A DNA stretch of 63,864 nt, the filler included, from Octopus bimaculoides (taxonomy: Eukaryota): assembly GCF_001194135.2 (NCBI RefSeq). It is 7 parts of 7 records of this genome, joined end to end, with 100 filler letters (N's around TTAATTAATTAA, not from the genome) between each part and the next. Parts side by side here need not be neighbours in the genome. Positions count along the whole stretch, not along the records: positions 9,591 to 24,681 come from NC_068986.1; positions 24,782 to 30,038 come from NW_026314150.1; positions 30,139 to 40,350 come from NC_068989.1; 4 more parts are not named here. The stretch is one strand, 5' to 3'. The position numbers and the translations under genes were made by a program. Each line of letters begins with the position of its first letter. Positions within the stretch are counted from its first letter, which is position 1. Positions 22,635 through 33,740 of the stretch are shown one piece after another. Under the pieces are notes generated by a model. The model was not told the DNA's origin and did no database searches. It saw only the letters and a list, made by a program, of their open reading frames with translations.

Positions 22635-22914
22635 GTGTAGAAGCCATCTCGAACCTTATTTTTCTCTTATAATGAAAGCAGTGTCAAGTGTGGCGAATGG
22701 TTATGACCAACAAATGTATTTTCTTTTCTAAATTCTTTATTATTTTATCAATCTAGTTTTACTTTTAATTACCTCCCTTGGCACATTCACAGTTTCATGA
22801 AAAACAGTAAAATTTATGCTACCAATTGTCAGAAACAATAAGCTATTGCAATTTAATAGAACCATAACAGTACACTATTAGTGTTAAGTTTTTATAATAT
22901 ACATACACACACAA

Positions 22915-23058
22915 TAGGCTGCTTTCAGTTTCCGTCTATCAAATCAATTCACAAGATTCCATTTTGACAAAGGTTACAATGGAATGTAATGAGACTGAAT
23001 CCAAAACCAGATGCTTGACAAACAAACATGTTAACCACACAGCCACGCCTGCACCTAT
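22915..23058 (-). mobile_element. SINE-A 5' half, degenerate
   Basis: CTTTCAGTTTCCGTCTATCAAATC..AACCACACAGCCACGCCTG. Confidence 0.65.
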
Positions 23059-23279
23059 GCTATATATATATAGGGGTATATATATATATATAGGGGTATA
23101 TAATGGAAACTACTTTTTATTAAACTAATTTTTTTTCTATTGTGCAATAACAACAAATTCAAAATTATTCTAGTCTGCACATGTGTTGACAGGCATTAAA
23201 ATGTACGTTTTGTGCATCATTGTACACCCACTTCCCCACCCCACCTTTTTATATGTTAATGTGTTGAGATGTATGACCT

Positions 23280-24440
23280 CCCCCCCACTGCTAGGGGTGC
23301 AGGTGGTTGGAGCTGCAGATTCCAAATGCTGAAAGGTAGCAAGGAATTATCGTAAGGGACAAAAAATCGTGCTGAGATGATTGGAAGTTTACGTATGTGG
23401 TTAAGTCTTTAAAACTGGCCACAACAATTGAAACCGTCATAAAATGAGGATCAAAGTATAAACTTGTGCCATGACAACTTCATTGTTATCAGTAATGGCG
23501 ATTTGTTCCAGAAGCTTGGAAGGAAGAGAAATAGAAGACATATTTGCTTCAAGAGTGGACAATGAAATACAACATTAAACCAATTTCTCAGAATGGGAAA
23601 ACAAGCAACAGCAACAATAAAAAGATAATTGAGAAACATTGACAAGCAACAAAACAAAATCCTAACCTATACAGCATCAATAAGTCTGGTGAATGTTGCT
23701 AATACAGACACCCAGGTAAGTGAAAGAATTTCTTCAGATTCTCAAGAATCTCACTTAACATGGTAACTCTCTTCTCTAATTTGTCTTCAATGGAGATGAA
23801 ACAGGATTTTGCTGAAAATGAATGCCAACCTTCACTTTTATCTCCTGAAAGAGAGAAAAAAACACTGCCAGGTCCAAGGCCACAAGAAATCTGTTGAGCT
23901 TGAACACCGTTATATCTTAAGAGTATTGAGTCTTGAACTTCAAGTCATTGTTCTGTTACTTTTAAGTATGATGACCAAAGAGCAGAATATCAATGATGGA
24001 TCTATATGGGATTTAGAAATCAGACAACTTTCCAACACCTTGATGAAGAAAATGTTGGCCAAGATGTCAAAAAAAAAAAAAAAGAAAGAAAAGAAAAAGG
24101 TAAACTTTAGGTTAGTTGAAATATGTTTATCACAGATTTCAACTGCTAAAAGGCAAATACACTGCAGTTACTATGGAAAATATATCTCTTATATGGTTAA
24201 AAGCTGTGAAAACAGCCATCTATTAGGAAGCCCAGACATCAATGTTTCAAGCTTTTAGGCTCTTGTCAATGAGATGCACCTAAGAGAAGCAACTCTGAAC
24301 GAACTTATAAAGCTTTATGTATAACTCGGTCAACGTTGTTGACTGATTTGTGCTAGTAGATTGCCCGACTGGGGAAAATAACAAAATGTTAGTACTAAGA
24401 GCTAATCTATCATGAAATCCTGAAATCCACAGAGAATACG
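23280..24440 (+). mobile_element. Probable decayed hAT (ZMYM1/TTF-zinc-finger type) transposon 5' part
   Basis: Weak translated motifs in the expected order: basic N-terminus then TLNQFL, NDGSIWD (cf. DPxxWP), RLPDWGK (cf. GFxDWK), LIYHEILKSH (cf. LxxHExSxxH); many stops. Confidence 0.3.
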
Positions 24441-24477
24441 AAAACAAAAACAAGAACTGCATGATCAGGGATTTTAA

Positions 24478-24681
24478 TGATCATCATCATCATCATCATC
24501 ATCGTTTAACGTCCGCTTTCCATGCTAGCATGGGTTGGACGATTTGACTGAGGACTGGTGAAACCGGATGGCAACACCAGGCTCCAGTCTGATTTGGCAG
24601 AGTTTCTACAGCTGGATGCCCTTCCTAACGCCAACCACTCAGAGAGTGTAGTGGGTGCTTTTACGTGTCACCCGCACGAAA
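24478..24681 (-). mobile_element. RTE-LINE 3' tail fragment, young
   Basis: (CAT)n-CGTTTAACGTCCGCTTTCCATGCTAGC...GCCCTTCCTAACGCCAACCACTC. Confidence 0.8.
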
Positions 24682-24781
24682 NNNNNNNNNNNNNNNNNNN
24701 NNNNNNNNNNNNNNNNNNNNNNNNNTTAATTAATTAANNNNNNNNNNNNNNNNNNNNNNNNNNNNNNNNNNNNNNNNNNNN

Positions 24782-24844
<63 letters not shown>

Positions 24845-24914
24845 GGGAGATGAGTAATTTATTTTGAAGAGCAGGAACAATTGTGTGTTATCAGAAGTAA
24901 TGTAAGTCAATAGT

Positions 24915-24965
24915 TTGAATTTAGATATTTCATGGTTAAAATACCCTCTTCAGGAAATCTTCGGA
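24915..24965 (-). ncRNA. Degenerate minimal type-I hammerhead ribozyme in the PLE 3' pLTR
   Basis: Minus strand AGAUUUC CUGAAGA GGGU-AUUUUA-ACCAU GAAAU AUC UAAAUU; the core is intact, stems I and II are imperfect. Confidence 0.45.
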
Positions 24966-25089
24966 GATGTTTAGTGGTGCTCGCAAGCTTCTTTTGCTCT
25001 GTGTGAGTGTGTATGTGTGCGTGCGTGCATTGCTAGTAGCTTTTGCATGTGCACAGGATAGAGTTGCGATAATAGCCAACCATCTGCGT

Positions 25090-25760
25090 GCAGCTCAGTT
25101 CTTATGTTAATACTTGCTTTGGCCTTGATAATGATGACGCCTCCCTTTAATCTCCGATTCCCAATATTCCGTTCTCTTCTGTTAATGGAAACTTAGATGT
25201 CTTGGATGTGGCATTTCCGTAGTTGTGTTTTCTTAACGGAAGAAGCATTAGCATAGAGGTGTTCTTTAGCGTGTGTATGTACTTGACTGATGGTGCTTCC
25301 AATGCAGTATTCATTGCGTTTCCTTCATGTAATTTTATACACTGCATAGCATCGCAGACATATATTTTTATCATTGATCGAGCAGTTGGGCAATGTGCAT
25401 ACGGCGTTGCTTTCTGTTGGTCCATTTTTAGTTAGCAACCTCCTCAGGGCGGGTCTAGGGTGTACCAGATATATACTCAACCCCGACCTACGGACCGATC
25501 TGCGGATTGCAGCTATTGTTTCCTCATTAAAGTGTGGTAATTGAAAAGAAAACACATGCTATCCCTGAATGTTCTGGTGCCTGGTGAAAGCGACTGAATA
25601 GCCAATCCCCATAAGGACTTTTCGGATTTGTTTGGTGCTGGACTTTTTCTTTGTTGTCTTGTTGCATTTAATTTGTGTCTTGTGGATTTAATTTCATACA
25701 TATGGCTAGGAAAGAATCGCTGCGTAACGTTAGTGATAATGAATCCACTCACAGCGATTT
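25090..25760 (-). mobile_element. Penelope-like element: RT C-terminus plus GIY-YIG endonuclease remnant
   Basis: FQLPHFNEETIAAIRRSV..CTLPNCSINDKNICLRCYAVYKIT..EYCIGSTI...H.HAKEHL..SSVKK..INIRTEL, with stops and frameshifts. Confidence 0.75.
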
Positions 25761-25796
25761 TGGGTTTGAACTCAAGTTGAGATGGGACATTGATGT

Positions 25797-26216
25797 GTGT
25801 CTTTATTGCCCACAGTGGGCTAAACATAGAGGGGACAAACAAGGACAGACAAAGGGATTAAGTTGATTACACTGACCCCGGTACTTTTTAAATCTACCCC
25901 GAAAGGATGAAAGGCAAAGTCGACCTCGACGGAATTTGAACTCAGAACATAAAGACACTAAGTATTTCGCCTGGCGTGCTGACGTTTCTTTTTTCTTTAT
26001 TGCCTGCAAGGGGCTAAACATAGAGGGGACAAACAAGGACAGACAAAGGGATTAAGTCGATTACACCGACATCAGTGCATAACTGGTACTTTTAAAATCT
26101 ACCCGGAAGGATGAAAGGCAAAGTCGACCTCGGCGTAATTTGAACTCAGAACGTAACGGCAGACGAAATACCGCTAAGCATTTCGCCTGGCGTGCTAACG
26201 TTTCTGCCAGCTCGCC
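25797..26216 (-). mobile_element. SINE-B tandem dimer (25797-25985, 25990-26216)
   Basis: Two units TTTATTGCC..GGGCTAAACATAGAGGGGACAAACAAGGACAGAC..GGATGAAAGGCAAAGTCGACCTC..GAACTCAGAAC. Confidence 0.85.
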
Positions 26217-26528
26217 GCATTGTGATGAGACATTGATTGATCTCATCGCGGTATTCCACTTGAAATTTTGTGGTCATTGCTTATCTTGTGTGTCACGTAG
26301 CACGAATGACATTTTTCCTTGGCCTCCATGTATAATATGCGATACACATTTCCAGTTTCTTTTCAACTAGCAGAGTACCTTGCAACTTGCAAAAGGAAAG
26401 ATTAATATTACCCATAATGTATAGAACAAAAGCTAACTGAAAACTTGGAAACAAGTTTGGACGTTTAGGACAAACTATTCGTTTGGTACAGAATTATTAC
26501 GATTTTTTTTCAGGAAATTTTATTTAAC

Positions 26529-26690
26529 AGGAGTGGCTGTGTGGTAAGTAGCTTGCTCACCAACCACATGGTTCCGGGTTCAGTCCCACTGCGTGGCACC
26601 TTGGGCAAGTGTCTTTTACTATAGACTCGGGCCGACCAAAGCCCTGTGAGTGGATTTGGTAGACGGAAATTGAAAGACGCCCGTCGTACA
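26529..26690 (+). mobile_element. SINE-A 5' half ending in its internal microsatellite
   Basis: AGGAGTGGCTGTGTGGTAAGTAGC...GCCCGTCGTACATATATG. Confidence 0.85.
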
Positions 26691-26720
26691 TATATGTATA
26701 TATATATATGTATGTATGTA

Positions 26721-26890
26721 TGTATGTATAAATAGGGAGAATTCACAAAAAAACACAAAAGACGAAGACAGGTGTCTTTAACGTTTCGAGCCTACGCTCT
26801 TCCACACAAAGGAACACAGAAAGAAACAAGGAGAGAAACAAGCAGAGAAAAAAAATGTGTGTATTGGTTATCAATCTATCATGGCGAATA
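26721..26890 (-). mobile_element. Short non-coding hammerhead-bearing element (solo pLTR or retrozyme-like), copy 1, in (TA)n
   Basis: Minus strand CUUU GUGUGGA AGAGC-GUAG-GCUC GAAAC GUU AAAG at ~26775-26812; homologous to 61796-61975. Confidence 0.6.
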
Positions 26891-28916
26891 TATATATATA
26901 TATANNNNNNNNNNNNNNNNNNNNNNNNNNNNNNNNNNNNNNNNNNNNNNNNNNNNNNNNNNNNNNNNNNNNNNNNNNNNNNNNNNNNNNNNNNNNNNNN
27001 NNNNNNNNNNNNNNNNNNNNNNNNNNNNNNNNNNNNNNNNNNNNNNNNNNNNNNNNNNNNNNNNNNNNNNNNNNNNNNNNNNNNNNNNNNNNNNNNNNNN
27101 NNNNNNNNNNNNNNNNNNNNNNNNNNNNNNNNNNNNNNNNNNNNNNNNNNNNNNNNNNNNNNNNNNNNNNNNNNNNNNNNNNNNNNNNNNNNNNNNNNNN
27201 NNNNNNNNNNNNNNNNNNNNNNNNNNNNNNNNNNNNNNNNNNNNNNNNNNNNNNNNNNNNNNNNNNNNNNNNNNNNNNNNNNNNNNNNNNNNNNNNNNNN
27301 NNNNNNNNNNNNNNNNNNNNNNNNNNNNNNNNNNNNNNNNNNNNNNNNNNNNNNNNNNNNNNNNNNNNNNNNNNNNNNNNNNNNNNNNNNNNNNNNNNNN
27401 NNNNNNNNNNNNNNNNNNNNNNNNNNNNNNNNNNNNNNNNNNNNNNNNNNNNNNNNNNNNNNNNNNNNNNNNNNNNNNNNNNNNNNNNNNNNNNNNNNNN
27501 NNNNNNNNNNNNNNNNNNNNNNNNNNNNNNNNNNNNNNNNNNNNNNNNNNNNNNNNNNNNNNNNNNNNNNNNNNNNNNNNNNNNNNNNNNNNNNNNNNNN
27601 NNNNNNNNNNNNNNNNNNATATATATATATAGTACAGACAAATGTGTATTCTTGTCTGCACACACACACACACACACACACACGCGATACGTGAATTGAA
27701 CAAATGGGAAGAATTATGCTGAACTATATCGAATATAAGGTGTGATTAAATAACTATCTTATATATATACTAAGTACAATTTAAGTATATATATATATAT
27801 ATAAATATATGTATGTGGGTGGGGGGATGCACATGCGTGTGCACAAAAGGGTCTTTCCTAAGTAACGTAACGTTAAGTTATTGGAAATTTTCAGTAATCG
27901 AACGCATAAGGCATTTTTGTGCGCCATACATGGCACTCATAAACAGGATTATGAGTATATAGATTTTTGAACACAGCCACACACGCACACAAACACACAC
28001 ACACACTGATACATACACACACACATATATGTGTGTGTGTATCGATCTGCCTATCATCTTACTTACCGACATGACTCCGTACCCAACTTCAATCATTATA
28101 TATCGATAGATAGATATTAATGTATATGAACGTAAGTGTATACTTGTGTCGATCCGAGGTGTACCGCTTTTGCGTGTGTAATATATATATATATATATAT
28201 ATATGCATATATATATATATATATATATGTGTATATAAGGCATTATGGTGCATGCAGATATATATATGTAGTTATACAATTATACATCCTGTCTCTTAGT
28301 GCCTGCGTATACCTGTGACNNNNNNNNNNNNNNNNNNNNNNNNNNNNNNNNNNNNNNNNNNNNNNNNNNNNNNNNNNNNNNNNNNNNNNNNNNNNNNNNN
28401 NNNNNNNNNNNNNNNNNNNNNNNNNNNNNNNNNNNNNNNNNNNNNNNNNNNNNNNNNNNNNNNNNNNNNNNNNNNNNNNNNNNNNNNNNNNNNNNNNNNN
28501 NNNNNNNNNNNNNNNNNNNNNNNNNNNNNNNNNNNNNNNNNNNNNNNNNNNNNNNNNNNNNNNNNNNNNNNNNNNNNNNNNNNNNNNNNNNNNNNNNNNN
28601 NNNNNNNNNNNNNNNNNNNNNNNNNNNNNNNNNNNNNNNNNNNNNNNNNNNNNNNNNNNNNNNNNNNNNNNNNNNNNNNNNNNNNNNNNNNNNNNNNNNN
28701 NNNNNNNNNNNNNNNNNNNNNNNNNNNNNNNNNNNNNNNNNNNNNNNNNNNNNNNNNNNNNNNNNNNNNNNNNNNNNNNNNNNNNNNNNNNNNNNNNNNN
28801 NNNNNNNNNNNNNNNNNNNNNNNNNNNNNNNNNNNNNNNNNNNNNNNNNNNNNNNNNNNNNNNNNNNNNNNNNNNNNNNNNNNNNNNNNNNNNNNNNNNN
28901 NNNNNNNNNNNNNNNN

Positions 28917-28982
<66 letters not shown>

Positions 28983-29750
28983 CTTATATATATATATAAG
29001 AATTGATATCCACGCCGTTACCGGTGCACGAAAATGTTAAAATTATTGGAAGGGTAGCTCCCAAACCGTGCGATACATGTGGTATACATGGAAAGAGGAG
29101 AATGGAAGTAGAGGACACGATACTGATGGTGATGATGATTTTGATGAAGAAAGTGAAGAATAAGAATGAAGATGAACGATGAAAACTGAAAAATGAAGAA
29201 ATAGATTGAAGTGGAATGATGAAGAGGAAGATAGATGTTTCTAGAACTAAGAAGGACAAGAACAACAACAACAACAAAGAGAAGAAGAAGAGGAGGAGGA
29301 GAAAAAACGTAGAGCAAGACAGAAGGAGAGACAAATGCGACAGTGCTAGAATAAGAAGCGGTTGGGGATGGGGAATAGTGAGTTATGAAGTCCGACCGGA
29401 CAAGATGGAGAGAGTGATGGCTAAAGATGAGAATAAGATGATTGAAAGGAAGAGTGGGAGGCTGGGATTAAGTGAAGGGGAAAGAGGTGCAGGATGAGGA
29501 GGAGTAGAAAACGCAAGGAAACAGAGAGATTCAGTGAGAGAGAGTGAGAGAGAAAGAAAGTTGTGGGATGGTGTGACAGAAAAGGGGAAGTAGGGGGCTG
29601 TGTAGAAAGGGAAGAATGATAGTCCTGGGGTCACGAAAATGCTGTACCTTTGATCAATGTTAATTAAGGGTATATACCGGACCTTGGCTAATAACAAACT
29701 CTCGCTGACGCCAACGCCGCTCCCGCTGCTACTGATATTACTACGACTAT

Positions 29751-29783
<33 letters not shown>

Positions 29784-30204
29784 AGCAACTACTACTACCA
29801 CAGCAACTACTACTACCATCACCACTACTAATATTACTACTACCACTACCACTGCATTCACACCGACTCAAATCACACGCACGCCTACATACAAATGTAT
29901 GTACAAACAATACGTAATAATATATATTTACACGCGCATATACATACATATAAATATATATGTATATATGTCTACATATGTATATGTATATATATATATG
30001 TGTGTGTGTGTATGTTTCTCTCTCTCCCTCGATATATANNNNNNNNNNNNNNNNNNNNNNNNNNNNNNNNNNNNNNNNNNNNTTAATTAATTAANNNNNN
30101 NNNNNNNNNNNNNNNNNNNNNNNNNNNNNNNNNNNNNNTATATATATATGTTTATGTACATATATATATATGTGTATGTATGTATGTATGTATGTATGTA
30201 TGTA

Positions 30205-30460
30205 TCATGTAACCGACCAGGCTATCAGTTGTTACACATATCTGGTCACAATGCGTTTTTGCATTGTTTTAGCCTTCCAATGATGCAACGCCGCTGGCTA
30301 GGCGAGTAGGCCAACATTCCCGCCTGACCGAAATGGGAATTGAAACAACGTATTATGAAGAGTTTTGCTCAAGAATACAACGCGCTGCTCAATCAAGGAA
30401 TCGAACCCACGATCAAGCGATCATGAGCGCAACAGCCTAACCACTAGGCCACGCGCTTTC
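30205..30460 (-). mobile_element. SINE family C variant (tRNA head plus V-domain-like segment)
   Basis: Minus strand GCGCGTGGCCTAGTGGTTAGG..GGGTTCGATTCC..GTTGTATTCTTGAGCAAAACTCTT. Confidence 0.7.
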
Positions 30461-30929
30461 ACACACATATATACATACATACATACATATATTGCCCTTT
30501 TTTATATATCTACTACATGTATTATATCATAAGTTGATACTGCGTGGACTGAGTTTCCCGCTGTCAGTCCCTAACATTAATGGTGTTAGACACTTGCAAT
30601 ATATTAATTAGTAGGTCCAGCTCTCTTGAGCTACTGGATTTTTTGATCGCCTGCTTGCTTCTTTAGGGTTGGTCAAGTTGATGCAAACTCTTCCCATGAG
30701 AATCTAATAAGTTTTATATGTCTACGACATAGGTCATATATGTATATATNNNNNNNNNNNNNNNNNNNNNNNNNNNNNNNNNNNNNNNNNNNNNNNNNNN
30801 NNNNNNNNNNNNNNNNNNNTATATATACAACTTGAACCAAAGGTCGTACAAAAAATAAACTCAATACTTTGCGGATTTATCAAAGACATGCTTCGATTTT
30901 TGTAAAATTGGATAAGATAAATAAAACCA

Positions 30930-31235
30930 GAGAGTATTTTTAAGATGAGAATATCTGAAATAAACTCGACTTCTCTCACCATCGAGAATACTAAAAATGA
31001 ACCTGACCGCTCTCATAAATTAAGTAAAAAAAAAAAAAACAGGACGAATAATCCAGAATCCTTATCATGTACCGGGTCGATCCCAAAATCTAATCAGTTC
31101 GTGCCAGTCACGAGGCCAAACATCCCGGAAAGTTTCATCTGAATCCATCAAGCGGCTCTTGAGATATCTTGTTCAAGGACAAGCAAACACGACTGAAAAC
31201 AATACCTGCGCCATAGCGAAGGGGGAGGTAATAAT
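30930..31235. mobile_element. HINE/Helentron-like element, copy 2
   Basis: Colinear with 18635-18922 (GAGAATATCTGAAATAAA..CGATCCCAAAATCTAATCAG..CTGAAAACAATACC). Confidence 0.55.
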
Positions 31236-32409
31236 GATAAATCCATAATACTAATGTATTATGAATAAAGTGTCAACTGTTTTGATGCATGATTTATGGC
31301 TCTCCCCCTCTCTCTCTGTTAAAAGAATATACAGTGTTTCCAAGGCTAAAAGTACTTATATTTATGAGCCAGAATTATGCCTAATGAAGATATATTTGGT
31401 TTAATATAACACTTGGTCTTCTCTTGAAGAATTAGCTTGCAAGTAAACATTTAACTTGTTTTCCATCATATTTACAGCAGATAGCAGATTGGTGTCTAAC
31501 GTATCTTGCTTTAAGATTCTCACTCGGTGTGAATGGTTTGTTTCATAAAATAATTGTGTAAATGATATACATCTAATTCAAACATATAACATAAAAATAC
31601 AAGATTAAATGAGAGTGAATAGAATTTATTCCATTTAAAATTGTAATTGAACATATCTTATCTTTTATTTTTGAAATTTTTAGCTTTTAAAATAATTCTA
31701 AAAAGGAATAAAATCTGGAGAAAAAGGAAAAATAAGAATGGGATCGAATAAAAGAGAAGTAGTTGAAGGGAAGTAGAAGATGAGTAGTGGGGGTGATAGA
31801 AAGAATCAAAAGACAATTAAGGAAAATAAATATGGGGAGAATAAGGTATAGAACAAAGAGCGAGAGTGATAAAGAAAAGCAGAAAGTATGGGACAAAGAT
31901 AAAGGAAGTAAGCTGCAGAAAGGAAGAACAAGTGTTGGATGGTTGCAAAGTGGTGAGAGAGAGTAGGAAAATACGGAGGAGAATGATAAATAGCTGGTAA
32001 TGAAGCGAGAGTAAGAGAGAGAAAAGGAAATAGGTAAGAAAAGACTAAAAGCGGCGAAGCTTTCAATGAGGTGCAAGAAGAGATAGTGAAGTAAAACATA
32101 CATATTCAGCACTGTAGTGGAAGCAGAGCTTCAGGCAATAAATAAAGTGAGAGAAATAGAGATAAAAGAAAAGACTAAAATCGTCAACGCTTTCAATGGA
32201 AAGCAGGAAGCCGTAGAATAGTAAAATATATGGGTTTAGCACTGTGGTGGCAACAGAGATTCAGGCAACAACTACAGACAAAAGAGAGAGTGGAGATGAA
32301 CAAATACACAAACTTTCTCCAAAATGACATATTTATACATGTATGCATTTATGTATATTCATATATGAATTTTGATATATTTACATATGTACGCAAATAT
32401 TTATGTATG

Positions 32410-32446
<37 letters not shown>

Positions 32447-32538
32447 ATGTATATATATGTGTGTGTATGTATGTATGTATGTAATGACGACTATACTTGT
32501 TGCCTTTTGTTTCTAAATTGCGAATAGCCACCTTCATA

Positions 32539-32630
<92 letters not shown>

Positions 32631-33706
32631 ATGTATGTATGTATGTATATATTTATGTATGTATATATATCCTTGTTCTCTCCTGTGGATATATCGGTTT
32701 TTACATTAATCTTATTAAGACTAACCTTTTCAAACTCAATTTTACAACTGATTGGGAACATACAACTGACATATAATTTATTAATTTACTGTGTGCTGCT
32801 GCATATCTCTCTGTTTATTAATCGATTATGCATTTCATACCTCTTTGTTTTTCAGTATCAATGACCCTCCTCTTCGTACCTATATCCTTTCTTCTCTATT
32901 TGCCACAATCATTACGTTTGCATACATTTATCTATAATGTATCATCTACATATATAGTTTGATTTATATATGGATATTATCTCATTTATGCTGGCAACTC
33001 ATCTATCTTATTCTACATCCCATTCCTACAAATATTACTCTCTAGTTTATTCACTCATCATTTATTTTATAATATAAATCTCATTTTTAATTCAATTATG
33101 AATTATACATTTCTATTACTTGATTTATGTTCATAAAATGTCTGTTTTATTCTTTATCTCCAATACAACTAATTCTTTCTGACATTCAATTATAGTTTAT
33201 TTTTCACATTCCACTTTTTAAAATTAATTTCTAATTTATATTCTTTTTATTTTTCTTCTTATTATATTGTTACATTTATTTTGCTGTCATCCTTGTTTTT
33301 CTGATATTATTTTTCACTGCTGGCCTTATTTAATACGTGAGAATAGAATGGAGTACATATATCTATACATGTAACTGATATTCGCATATTTATGTGGCTT
33401 GGCAATCATCTATCCATTAGATCTTTATTAAATGATTATCATATAAGCCTTTGATTATTTTAGTGTTAAACTCCGTTATTCTCAGTTTTCTTATACCAAC
33501 ATCTAGTCTATATCGTGACTATACTAATAACATGATTTTATTATTGTGCTCTGTAACAAACCTTTATTCCTGTTTCGTCCTCGCACCATAAGGATAATAG
33601 TAATCATTTTAGATTCTTGTGAGAGTTAGCTGATAGAATTGAACTCAATAGTTGACTTGTTCTTATTTTACCGACCACAAATAATAATTAAAAATAAATA
33701 AATAAA

Positions 33707-33740
<34 letters not shown>

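Noticed and set aside
29620-29700. TCF-like CTTTGAT and homeobox-like TAATTA motifs close together
   Set aside because: Short motifs occur often in AT-rich DNA; no conservation or chromatin evidence is available.
33568-33605. Minus-strand TCCT..AGGACGAAAC, like a hammerhead stem II plus GAAAC
   Set aside because: CUGANGA is not recognisable (CTATTA); at most a dead remnant.
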